32,000 nucleotides of DNA from Candidatus Saccharimonadota bacterium (GTDB lineage Bacteria; Patescibacteriota; Patescibacteriia; 2-12-FULL-60-25). This document shows, piece by piece, positions 1 to 7,222 of this stretch. The notes beneath the pieces are model-generated. The model was not told the DNA's origin. It saw only the letters and a program-made list of their open reading frames with translations, and ran no database searches. Made by a program: the position numbers and the translations under genes. The first letter of the stretch is position 1; each line of letters opens with the position of its first letter. The stretch spans positions 450,001-482,000 of the forward strand of contig JALHOH010000001.1 of NCBI GenBank assembly GCA_022843095.1, read 5' to 3'.

Positions 1-648
1 GTCGCCTACCGTGAAGCCATCCGCGGTCGCGCAGAAGATGTGGAAGGGAAGTACGTCCGTCAGTCCGGTGGTCGCGGTCAGTACGGTCACGCGGTGATCA
101 ACATCGAACCGAACGAACGTGGCAAGGGCTACGAATTCATCGACAGCGTGAAGGGTGGGACGGTTCCGCGCGAATTTATCCAGCCGATCAACAAGGGGAT
201 CCAGGAAGCGTTGCAGCGTGGGATCTTGGCCGGGTATCAGGTGATCGACGTCAAAGTCGAGCTCATTGATGGGTCGTACCACGATGTCGACTCCTCCGAA
301 GCTGCCTTTAAGATCGCCGGTTCGCTGGCGGTGCAGGAAGCGGCAAAGAAGGCCGGTATCTACCTGCTCGAGCCGATCATGAAGGTCGAAGTGGTGACGC
401 CGGAACAGTTTATGGGAGACGTGATCGGGGACCTGAACGCGAAGCGCGGACAGATCCAGGACATGGGCGAACGCTCTGGCGCGCGCATCGTGAATGCGAT
501 GGTGCCGCTCTCCGAAATGTTCGGCTACTCCACGAGCTTGCGTTCGATGACCCAGGGTCGCGCGAGCTACTCGATGGAATTCTCTCACTACGGTGAAGTG
601 CCAAACAACGTGGCGCAGGCGATCATCGAAGGGAAGGGGAAGAAATAA
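1..648 (+). CDS. fusA: Elongation factor G, C-terminal ~215 aa (gene starts upstream of window)
   Basis: Frame 1 is open from base 1 ([33 protein letters not shown]...). EF-G domain IV/V signatures are present ([54 protein letters not shown]). TAA at 646-648. Confidence 0.96.
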   Translation, partial: VAYREAIRGRAEDVEGKYVRQSGGRGQYGHAVINIEPNERGKGYEFIDSVKGGTVPREFIQPINKGIQEALQRGILAGYQVIDVKVELIDGSYHDVDSSEAAFKIAGSLAVQEAAKKAGIYLLEPIMKVEVVTPEQFMGDVIGDLNAKRGQIQDMGERSGARIVNAMVPLSEMFGYSTSLRSMTQGRASYSMEFSHYGEVPNNVAQAIIEGKGKK

Positions 649-654
649 CCTCCG

Positions 655-697
655 TTCAAAAACAAACACCGTCCGAACTGGACGGTGTTTGTGTTTA
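655..697. terminator. Bidirectional intrinsic terminator between convergent fusA and the 707..1408 gene
   Basis: Perfect 13-bp stem ACAAACACCGTCC (662-674) / GGACGGTGTTTGT (680-692) with a 5-nt loop. It has an A-run on the 5' side and a T-rich tail on the 3' side. Confidence 0.7.
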
Positions 698-706
698 CGA
701 AGGTGC

Positions 707-1408
707 TTAGCCAAACCACGAACGGATTTTTCCAAGGAGTCCCGGTTTTTTAGCCGGAGCGGGCGGGGTCTGCATCACCATGGTGCGTTCGTCTGGACGA
801 GCGAAGTCCGTAGGGTTTTGGCGTTCAGGCGGACGCTGCATCACAACCGTTCGTTCGCCGGGAGGGCTGTATTCTGCAGGGCCACGTGGGGTGTCGAATG
901 TGGCGGGGGCCTCATCTTCGATCGGAACGTAGTCTCCTCCGCGATCAAGGCGGTAGCGACGTCCGTCAGAGGCGGTAAAAATTTGTTCGGGCGCATCGGT
1001 AATGGTTTGCGTCATCAGTTCTTTTGCGGGCGCCGGAGGTGCTTCCAGGCGTTGGCCTTTGACACCAACCCCGAGACGGGGTGGGGGAGGTGCGCCAATG
1101 GTTGCACGGATTTTTGTCAGTTCCTCTTCTTGTTTTTTTAGGTCTGCCTGTTGCTGCTTGAGACGTGCGCCGGTCATCTCTGCGACACGGGTTTGGATGT
1201 AGGTATCATAAAATCGTTTTTCCCCGGGTTGTAAAAACTCGTCCAGTTTTCCCTCCAGCCCAAACTGTCGTGCCACGGTGGCGACGCGATTAAACTCCTC
1301 CTGCGTTTTGGCGGGCGCGCGTTGTTGGAGAATTTCTTCATGCGAACTGCGAAGGGGTTGTTCTCCAGCTTCTTGCGCGTGTGCGCTGGCTTCAGGTCGA
1401 TAGGCCAT
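707..1408 (-). CDS. Hypothetical Gln/Glu/Pro-rich protein with a coiled-coil-like centre and a C-terminal amphipathic helix
   Basis: 233-aa ORF with ATG at 1408 in GTATG context. Its TAA (707-709) abuts the bidirectional terminator. No family recognised by eye. The overlapping + ORF 593..1141 is Arg/Cys-rich junk that runs into fusA. Confidence 0.6.
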   Translation of the reverse strand: MAYRPEASAHAQEAGEQPLRSSHEEILQQRAPAKTQEEFNRVATVARQFGLEGKLDEFLQPGEKRFYDTYIQTRVAEMTGARLKQQQADLKKQEEELTKIRATIGAPPPPRLGVGVKGQRLEAPPAPAKELMTQTITDAPEQIFTASDGRRYRLDRGGDYVPIEDEAPATFDTPRGPAEYSPPGERTVVMQRPPERQNPTDFARPDERTMVMQTPPAPAKKPGLLGKIRSWFG

Positions 1409-1502
1409 ACGGTAAGAGTATACCCGATTGGATGACTCTGGACAGAATCGGGGATTTTGGTCATCCTGCGAAACGCCCCAGGTGGCAGAAGGAGATGCAA
1501 AG

Positions 1503-1970
1503 ATGGAGACGGCTGATGATAAGGGTATCTTGCGAGAGTATGACCACTTCTTGCTCCGCGTGGCGGAGCGTCAACACACGCTTGGATGTTGTGAAATCGT
1601 CGCGCTCAGGAGCGATGCCTTCCAGCTTCACGAGCTTGGTCATGTAGAACTGTCCGAGCTCGCGCTCGTCCAAAAGCATGTGGTAGAGGTGCTTCGTGCT
1701 GCGGGAGCGTTCAAGCCGGACATCATCCATCACGCCGAGTTCGGCGATGGAACCACGCGCTTCACGCGGCTCATCCTTCCGCGTTATCGGGAGGCGCGAA
1801 ACTTTCCGCCGCGGGAGTGGCGTGATGCGTTGCCGGATCGACCGTTGACGGCTTGGATGGGCTGGCCGGAGGAGCCGTCGGTGATTCAGGCGATCGCCGA
1901 GCGGCTTCGTCCGGGGCTGCCGGCATGGGCACCGCGCGGAAGGAGAAGGGGGTTGATCGATATTGACTGA
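1503..1970 (+). CDS. HIT-fold-like protein with the histidine triad replaced (putative pseudo-enzyme)
   Basis: ATG 1503 is preceded by GAAGGAG (1488-1494, 8-nt spacing), and TGA 1968-1970 is followed by terminator 1980-2010. By-eye colinear alignment to HIT proteins (..EYDHFLL.., ..HTLG..EIV.., ..LILPRY) over ~85 aa. The ORF-track start 1428 has no RBS. Confidence 0.5.
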   Translation: METADDKGILREYDHFLLRVAERQHTLGCCEIVALRSDAFQLHELGHVELSELALVQKHVVEVLRAAGAFKPDIIHHAEFGDGTTRFTRLILPRYREARNFPPREWRDALPDRPLTAWMGWPEEPSVIQAIAERLRPGLPAWAPRGRRRGLIDID

Positions 1971-1979
1971 GTTGCATCT

Positions 1980-2010
1980 ACACGAGCTCGCGCTGAGTCT
2001 CGTGTTTTTT
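1980..2010 (+). terminator. Intrinsic terminator
   Basis: Stem ACACGAG (1980-1986) / CTCGTGT (1999-2005), extendable by inner CTC/GAG pairing, followed by TTTTTT. Confidence 0.6.
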
Positions 2011-2041
2011 ATTTCTTTTCCCATTCGCGTATGATGGAGGT

Positions 2042-2668
2042 ATGTTAACGGACTATCATGCGCAGTACGCCACCAAATCCGAGGCGGAGATTTTGCAACG
2101 TGCGTGGGTCAAAGAGCGCGAATTGCGTCAGGTATTCATGACCATCGGGTTCCCTCGATGTGCAGAACCTGTTGCACGTGTCGCTGGGCTTGGATGTGTG
2201 GATGTGCGGCTCCTACCGCATCGACAACGCATTTTTGAGCTTTTACTGGAACGACCGGTGCATCTGACCACGTATGATATCGCGGTAGAGCATTTGCAAG
2301 CATTTCCCAATGTTTTTCAGCATGACGTCACAAATCCATTTCCTGGCGGCCCGTATGACGTCGTATTCAGCGATTTATTAATTCGCTTTATCCCGCCGGA
2401 AAAACAACAAGCGGTGCTTTTGCATGCCTATAATGCGCTTGTGCCTGGGGGGATTTCGGTCCACACCTTCGCAGAGGAGGATTTTTATCCAGAACGAGCA
2501 AAAACTCGTGTTCTCGGAGCGCATCCCGTTGATTTTCTTCGTCTTCAACGAGAGTTAAGCGCTCTGGGGATGCATTATCTTGAAATCCCATTTCAATTGG
2601 AGGCGCCGGTGCCCGGAACCGATGAGAAGCAACTTGTTCGACAGTGGGCGCTGGTTTTGAAGAAATAA
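2042..2668 (+). CDS. Class I SAM-dependent methyltransferase-like protein
   Basis: 208 aa with a Rossmann-type MTase pattern (VAGLGCVD motif-I-like, DVVFSDLLIRF, NALVPGG). ATG is in GTATG context. GGAGG (2036-2040) is only 1 nt from the ATG, too close for a normal SD. A TATGAT box at 2030-2035 would make the mRNA leaderless. Confidence 0.7.
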   Translation: MLTDYHAQYATKSEAEILQRAWVKERELRQVFMTIGFPRCAEPVARVAGLGCVDVRLLPHRQRIFELLLERPVHLTTYDIAVEHLQAFPNVFQHDVTNPFPGGPYDVVFSDLLIRFIPPEKQQAVLLHAYNALVPGGISVHTFAEEDFYPERAKTRVLGAHPVDFLRLQRELSALGMHYLEIPFQLEAPVPGTDEKQLVRQWALVLKK

Positions 2669-2670
2669 GA

Positions 2671-2697
2671 AACCCCCGCGTATGCGGGGGTTTCGTT
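2671..2697 (+). terminator. Intrinsic terminator-like hairpin
   Basis: AACCCCCGC (2671-2679) gtat GCGGGGGTT (2684-2692), followed by TCGTTCCGTTT (a weak U-tract). Confidence 0.55.
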
Positions 2698-2898
2698 CCG
2701 TTTCGGATGCAAACAGCTGAAAGGTAAAGTTTTTTCTGTGTTCACGAGTCGGACCGAATGCACTGTCGTTTGATCAACCGGTTTCAATCATACGCTGACG
2801 AAGAATCGTCAAGCACTCACGTAGTACAATAGCCTGTTTCTTGATTTTTGTCAACACCCCAGCGGTCATTTTATCCATTTTTAGATGAAAAAAACGTT

Positions 2899-2927
2899 TT
2901 GACAGGCCTTGGTGCGGGTGTTGAGAT
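2899..2927 (+). promoter_or_regulatory. Sigma70-like promoter candidate for the 2937 gene
   Basis: Consensus -35 TTGACA (2899-2904), 17-nt spacer, weak -10 TGAGAT (2922-2927). The AAAACGTTTT palindrome overlaps the -35. Confidence 0.3.
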
Positions 2928-2936
2928 GACGAGAGT

Positions 2937-3389
2937 ATGTCGTTTCAACGGATTCTTGATTGGGCGCGGAGGGAGTCTGTCCCGGTGATTGTGACGGACG
3001 TCGCCGGCCGCGAACCCATGGTGATTCTGCCATTTTCGGAGTATGAACGTCTGACAGAGCGTCAAAAAGGGGAGAGTATACGGGATCGCCCCTCGGTTTC
3101 CGGGGCATTTGTACCTGTTGCTCCGGTCTATGCCCCTGTTCCAGAGCCGATTCGCCCCGTAGAACCGGTCTTTCGACCCTCGCCGCCACCCCCGGTTTCA
3201 TCCGTGAAGGAGCCGGTCATGGTGCCGGTCGAGGCGGCGCAGGAGTCATCGCCAGAGCCCAAAAAATCACCCCCATCGCTTGAATCTGTTCTCGAAACCA
3301 TCTCGGTTGCCCCGGTAAGCGATGTGATGCTCGAGACCGTGGAAGATCGTTTTTACTTGGATTCGAGCGGAGATCAGTCAAAAAAATAG
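2937..3389 (+). CDS. Phd/YefM-antitoxin-like N-terminal domain fused to a long Pro-rich acidic tail
   Basis: 150 aa. The N-terminus (ILDWARRESVPVIVTDVAGREPMVILPFSEYERL) resembles the Phd/YefM core (..ITRRGREPAVIV...E.Y..). Residues ~50-150 are low-complexity P/V/E/S. Start is in GTATG context. Confidence 0.5.
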   Translation: MSFQRILDWARRESVPVIVTDVAGREPMVILPFSEYERLTERQKGESIRDRPSVSGAFVPVAPVYAPVPEPIRPVEPVFRPSPPPPVSSVKEPVMVPVEAAQESSPEPKKSPPSLESVLETISVAPVSDVMLETVEDRFYLDSSGDQSKK

Positions 3390-3405
3390 CCAGTTCTAAA
3401 GAGAA

Positions 3406-3429
3406 ATACGCCCTTCGTCAAGGGCGTAT
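3406..3429 (+). terminator. Terminator-like hairpin (poor U-tract)
   Basis: ATACGCCCT (3406-3414) tcgtca AGGGCGTAT (3421-3429). Confidence 0.4.
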
Positions 3430-3459
3430 GTTCGTCCCCAGGAAAAGCAGGGGTTGCTC

Positions 3460-3488
3460 TTGCAGGGATGATTTGGCTCTGTTATCAT
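3460..3488 (+). promoter_or_regulatory. Promoter candidate for tuf
   Basis: TTGCAG (3460-3465), 17 nt, TATCAT (3483-3488). It would give a ~130-nt leader containing small hairpins (TCGCA aaaac TGCGA TTTTT near 3508-3526). Confidence 0.4.
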
Positions 3489-3621
3489 CAGGACACTCGC
3501 AAAAACTGCGATTTTTCCGTGGCTTGTGAAACGTGGACTGCGCTTCGCCAACGTAAGGTGAATCGCGGTACGCGTTCCACGCGTTACGGCCTTTATTCCT
3601 CAATTTCGCTTCACAGCGTAT

Positions 3622-4812
3622 ATGGCAGAAGTTTTTCAGCGGACCAAACCGCACGTGAACATTGGGACGATTGGTCACGTCGACCACGGGAAGACGACGA
3701 CCACGGCCGCCATCCTTGCGGTGCTTTCTAAGCACGGCATGAAGGCTCAGACTAAGGGCGTCGATGATCTTGACAAAGCGCCGGAATCCAAGGCGCGTGG
3801 GATTACGATCGCGACCGCGCACACGGAATATGAATCCGACAAGCGCCACTACGCGCACGTCGACTGTCCGGGACACGCGGACTACATCAAGAACATGATC
3901 ACGGGTGCCGCCCAGATGGACGGCGCGATCCTGGTCGTGTCCGCGACGGATGGTCCGATGCCACAGACGCGTGAACACATTCTTCTTGCTCGCCAGGTCG
4001 GCGTGCCGGCGATCGTGGTCTTCCTGAACAAGGTCGACATGGTCGAAGATCCGGAACTCGTGGACCTCGTGGAACAGGAAATCCGCGATCTTTTGAAGAA
4101 GTACGAATTCGATGGCGACAACACGCCGATCATCCGCGGTTCCGGGCTGAAAGCGCTCCAGAACCCGCAGGACGAAGCGGCCGCGAAGCCGATCCTCGAC
4201 CTGATCAAGGCGTGTGACGACTTCATTCCGGAACCGGTCCGCGAAACGGACAAGCCGTTCCTCATGCCGGTCGAAGACGTGTTCTCGATCGAAGGTCGTG
4301 GGACGGTGGTGACGGGCCGTATCGAACGTGGTCAGATCAAGTTGAACGAAGAAATCGAAATCGTCGGTATTGGCGAAACCAAGAAGACGACGGTGACGGG
4401 GATCGAAATGTTCAACAAGCAGCTCGAATCCGGGCTCGCGGGGGACAACGCCGGTCTCTTGCTCCGTGGGATCAAGAAGGAAGACGTCGAACGCGGGATG
4501 GTGCTCGCGAAGACGGGTTCCATCACGCCGCACACGGAATTCGAAGCGCAGGTGTACGCGCTTACGAAGGAAGAAGGCGGACGCCACAAGCCGTTCGTCA
4601 CGGGCTACAAGCCGCAGTTCTACATCCGCACGACGGATGTGACGGGTGAAGTGACCCTTCCGGCGGACGTCGCGATGGTGCAGCCGGGCGACACGGTCAA
4701 CATGGTCGTGAAGCTCATCAACCCGGTCGCTATGGAAGAAAAGATGCGTTTCGCCATCCGCGAAGGTGGCAAGACGGTCGGCGCCGGTGCGGTGACGAAG
4801 ATCATCAAGTAA
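3622..4812 (+). CDS. tuf: Elongation factor Tu
   Basis: 396 aa with full-length EF-Tu signatures: [36 protein letters not shown]. Confidence 0.98.
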   Translation: MAEVFQRTKPHVNIGTIGHVDHGKTTTTAAILAVLSKHGMKAQTKGVDDLDKAPESKARGITIATAHTEYESDKRHYAHVDCPGHADYIKNMITGAAQMDGAILVVSATDGPMPQTREHILLARQVGVPAIVVFLNKVDMVEDPELVDLVEQEIRDLLKKYEFDGDNTPIIRGSGLKALQNPQDEAAAKPILDLIKACDDFIPEPVRETDKPFLMPVEDVFSIEGRGTVVTGRIERGQIKLNEEIEIVGIGETKKTTVTGIEMFNKQLESGLAGDNAGLLLRGIKKEDVERGMVLAKTGSITPHTEFEAQVYALTKEEGGRHKPFVTGYKPQFYIRTTDVTGEVTLPADVAMVQPGDTVNMVVKLINPVAMEEKMRFAIREGGKTVGAGAVTKIIK

Positions 4813-4818
4813 CTTTTA

Positions 4819-4884
4819 ACGAGAGGGGTTTCCCTCCTCTCGTCCATTCGCCGGAGCGAGTATCCGACGCAGGGACGAGAGGGG
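4819..4884 (+). promoter_or_regulatory. rpsJ leader: hairpin plus duplicated 10-mer that could gate the rpsJ ribosome-binding site
   Basis: ACGAGAGGGG occurs at 4819-4828 and again at 4875-4884, where it overlaps the purine-rich rpsJ RBS. The CU-rich CCCTCCTCTCG (4832-4842) can pair with either copy. No U-tract follows the first hairpin. Confidence 0.35.
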
Positions 4885-4888
4885 TGGA

Positions 4889-5266
4889 ATGACAGGGCCC
4901 CTCCCATTTCACATGACGACAGCAAAAGCAAAGGCGCCTGCAAAAGACGCCGCTGCTACGGGCGCACACCGCGTTCGTATCAAGATCCGGGCATATGATC
5001 ACAAGATCATCGACCAGGCCACGCGCACGATCATCGAAACGGCGACGCGCACGGGGGTGAAGGTTGTTGGTCCGGTCCCACTTCCGACGGAAAAGAAGAA
5101 GTGGACGGTCAACCGCTCGACGTTCGTCCACAAAAATGCTCGCGAACAGTTTGAGATGCGGATTCACAAGCGTGTCGTCGATATCTTGGATCCAAACGCC
5201 AAGACGATCGATTCGCTGACGTCTCTGAATCTCCCGGCGGGCGTGGATGTGGAGATCAAGATGTAG
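4889..5266 (+). CDS. rpsJ: 30S ribosomal protein S10 (uS10) with ~20-aa N-terminal extension
   Basis: [26 protein letters not shown]...GPVPLPT...VNRS.FV.K..REQFEMR.HKR..DI is the canonical S10. ATG 4889 follows GAGAGGGGTGGA. Confidence 0.92.
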   Translation: MTGPLPFHMTTAKAKAPAKDAAATGAHRVRIKIRAYDHKIIDQATRTIIETATRTGVKVVGPVPLPTEKKKWTVNRSTFVHKNAREQFEMRIHKRVVDILDPNAKTIDSLTSLNLPAGVDVEIKM

Positions 5267-5283
5267 AGAGAAGTTCACAATCC

Positions 5284-5491
5284 ATTCGCATCCGAGTTGC
5301 TCGGATTCGATTCCTCAAGGAGAAAGGTGGATGGCCCGCGTGGTCATCGCAAAACCTCCCTGTAGAACCAAGGTTTCCTTGGTGCCCGCTCAACTGGAGC
5401 GGGACGAATCGTAAATGGCTTCGACCTCGCTCCAAAAGAGCCAGAGGGTTGGAGGCGATTTACGTTCGCCTACAGCCGTCTGGCTTTTTTT
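5284..5491 (+). ncRNA. Candidate structured RNA / attenuator in the rpsJ-rplC spacer
   Basis: Five consecutive stem-loops are present. H1 is 5290-5306 (ATCCGAG/CTCGGAT). H2 is 5330-5348 (GATGGCC/GGTCATC). H3 is 5367-5383 (ACCAAGG/CCTTGGT). H4 is 5385-5403 (CCCGCTC/GAGCGGG). H5 is the long imperfect 5410-5464 (CGTAAAT...ATTTACG). They are followed by AGCC gtct GGCT plus a T7 run (5474-5491). No family recognised by eye. Confidence 0.35.
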
Positions 5492-5509
5492 GTAAAAAAA
5501 GACGCGCGG

Positions 5510-5538
5510 TTGAGACAGGTGTCTTTCGGTATTAATCT
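5510..5538 (+). promoter_or_regulatory. Internal promoter-like box upstream of rplC with an embedded inverted repeat
   Basis: TTGAGA (5510-5515), then TATTAAT (5530-5536; the best 17-nt-spaced hexamer is TAATCT 5533-5538). The inverted repeat AGACA-GG-TGTCT (5513-5524) lies in the spacer. Confidence 0.3.
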
Positions 5539-5560
5539 CATGCGACCAAGCTCAATTGGT

Positions 5561-6163
5561 ATGAAGTTCATCCTTGGGAAAAAACTCGAGATGTCGCAAG
5601 TGTTCGGCCAAGATGGCAACGTCATTCCCGTGACGTTGGTCCAGGCGGGTCCGTGCCATGTGACGCAGGTGAAGACGGTGGAAAAGGACGGCTACGCAGC
5701 GGTCCAAGTTGGCTTTTTGCCAGCCAAGAAGTTGTCGAAGCCGGAAGAAGGTCATTTGAAGGATCTTCCAAAGTTGCAGGTGTTGCGTGAATTCCGTGTG
5801 GACGGGGAAGTCTCCCTGAAGCGCGGTGACGTCATCAATGCCGCAACGTTCCAGCCGGGTGATGTGGTGGAAGTGTCCGGAACGTCGAAAGGAAAGGGGT
5901 TCCAGGGGGTGGTCAAGCGCCACGGATTCCATGGACACCCGACCTCTCACGGTCACAAGGACCAGGCGCGTATGCCGGGTTCCATCGGCGCCGGTGGGGT
6001 GCAGCACGTGTTGAAGGGACGCCGCATGGCGGGCCGAATGGGAAATGAAGAGGTGACGGTGAAAAATTTGAAGGTCGTGGAAGTTCGCGACGGAGGAATC
6101 CTTGCCGTAAAAGGCGCGGTTCCTGGAGCGCGAAACACCGTGATCGCCATTATCGCCAAGTAA
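5561..6163 (+). CDS. rplC: 50S ribosomal protein L3 (uL3)
   Basis: MKFILGKKLEMSQVF...VTLV is a canonical L3 N-terminus, and FQGV.KRHGF..HP.SHG is present. The ORF-track TTG 5510 start was rejected. Confidence 0.93.
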   Translation: MKFILGKKLEMSQVFGQDGNVIPVTLVQAGPCHVTQVKTVEKDGYAAVQVGFLPAKKLSKPEEGHLKDLPKLQVLREFRVDGEVSLKRGDVINAATFQPGDVVEVSGTSKGKGFQGVVKRHGFHGHPTSHGHKDQARMPGSIGAGGVQHVLKGRRMAGRMGNEEVTVKNLKVVEVRDGGILAVKGAVPGARNTVIAIIAK

Positions 6164-6164
6164 T

Positions 6165-6791
6165 ATGCCGAAGGTACCAGTCTATAACCAGGAAGGCGCA
6201 TCCGTCGGAGACGTTTCCTTGCCGGAAGCGGTATTTGCCGTGAAGGTGAATCCGTCGCTTGTCCACGAAGTGATGGTCGGTCTGCAGGCAAATCGCCGCA
6301 ACGCAATTGCGCACACGAAGACGCGTGGCGAAGTGCGTGGTGGTGGTCGCAAGCCATGGAAGCAGAAGGGGACGGGTCGTGCGCGTCAGGGGTCCATCCG
6401 TTCACCGCAGTGGATTGGCGGTGGGATCGTGTTTGGTCCGCGCGGCGATCGCAATTTTTCCGTGAAGATCAATAAGAAGGTGAAGCGACAGGCGTTGTTC
6501 ATGGCGCTTACGGATAAGGTCGCAGACAAGCAGTTGGTGGTGGTGGATGCGATTCACGCCGCCGCGCCAAAGACGAAGATCATGGCCGCGATGCTCGCAA
6601 AGCTTCCGGTTGGGAAGACGTCGCTTGTCGTGTTGCCGGCTTCTCGCCCGGAGGTGGTGCGCATGGCGCGCAACATCCCGTCGGTGACGGTCGTCACGGC
6701 GAACTCCGTTGGTCTCTTGGATGTGCTTTCGCACCGCTCGATCGTGTTCGTGAAGGACGCGATCCCGGCGTTTGAAAAGCTCACCGCATAA
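6165..6791 (+). CDS. rplD: 50S ribosomal protein L4 (uL4)
   Basis: TKTRGEVRGGGRKPWKQKGTGRARQGSIRSPQW.GGG..FGP is the L4 signature. ATG lies 1 nt after the rplC TAA. Confidence 0.95.
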   Translation: MPKVPVYNQEGASVGDVSLPEAVFAVKVNPSLVHEVMVGLQANRRNAIAHTKTRGEVRGGGRKPWKQKGTGRARQGSIRSPQWIGGGIVFGPRGDRNFSVKINKKVKRQALFMALTDKVADKQLVVVDAIHAAAPKTKIMAAMLAKLPVGKTSLVVLPASRPEVVRMARNIPSVTVVTANSVGLLDVLSHRSIVFVKDAIPAFEKLTA

Positions 6792-6795
6792 CGCT

Positions 6796-7218
6796 ATGGC
6801 AATTCTCGATCGATTTCGCAAAAAGTCGGATGCCGTAAAGGCGCCCGCCGCGGCAAAGAAAGCCGCGTCCAAGAAAGCGGCGGAAAAAGAAGCGCCGGTC
6901 GCGCAAGACGCGAACGCGCAGAGTCCCCGCATGCTCCTTGCCTACGCAACCCTTGAAGCGCCGCATGTGAGCGAAAAGGCGGCACGTCTCGCCGAGTCTG
7001 GCGTGTACGTCTTCCAGGTGCCGGTGTCTGCCGAAAAGGTAGCCATCAAGAAGGCGGTGGAAGCGATGTATCAGGTGAAGGTCACGGGCGTCCGCACCAT
7101 CAAGGTGGGCGGGAAGCCGGTGTTCCGCGGTCGCCGTGTCTCGGCGCGCAAGGATTGGAAGAAGGCGCTTGTGACGCTTGCGCCTGGACAGAAGATTGAC
7201 CTCTACGAAGGCGTCTAA
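6796..7218 (+). CDS. rplW: 50S ribosomal protein L23 (uL23) with ~50-aa Lys/Ala-rich N-terminal extension
   Basis: The core (PHVSEKA...YVFQV...A.K..IK.AVE.MY.VKV..V.T......KKA.VTL) is L23. Start chosen at ATG 6796 (CGCTATG), 4 nt after the rplD TAA. Confidence 0.88.
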   Translation: MAILDRFRKKSDAVKAPAAAKKAASKKAAEKEAPVAQDANAQSPRMLLAYATLEAPHVSEKAARLAESGVYVFQVPVSAEKVAIKKAVEAMYQVKVTGVRTIKVGGKPVFRGRRVSARKDWKKALVTLAPGQKIDLYEGV

Positions 7219-7222
7219 CCCT

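Noticed and set aside
593-1141. 182-aa plus-strand ORF
   Set aside because: It starts inside fusA in another frame and runs through the bidirectional terminator. The product is Arg/Cys/Phe-rich nonsense. The minus-strand 707..1408 ORF is better supported.
1461-2024. 187-aa minus-strand ORF competing with the HIT-like gene
   Set aside because: It has no RBS and no room for a promoter, since its start abuts the 2042 gene. The plus-strand frame has a GAAGGAG RBS at correct spacing and a terminator right after its stop, and it shows a family-like alignment. Some doubt remains, which is why the CDS confidence is 0.5.
2937-3621. Complete type II toxin-antitoxin module next to tuf
   Set aside because: Only the antitoxin-like domain is present. 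No ORF with a Doc/Fic (HxFx[DE]GNGR) or RelE/YoeB pattern lies downstream or upstream. The 230 nt before tuf has no credible ORF.
3418-4587. 389-aa minus-strand ORF
   Set aside because: It lies entirely antisense to tuf, whose identity is certain. There is no RBS, and the product is Arg/Asp/His-rich.
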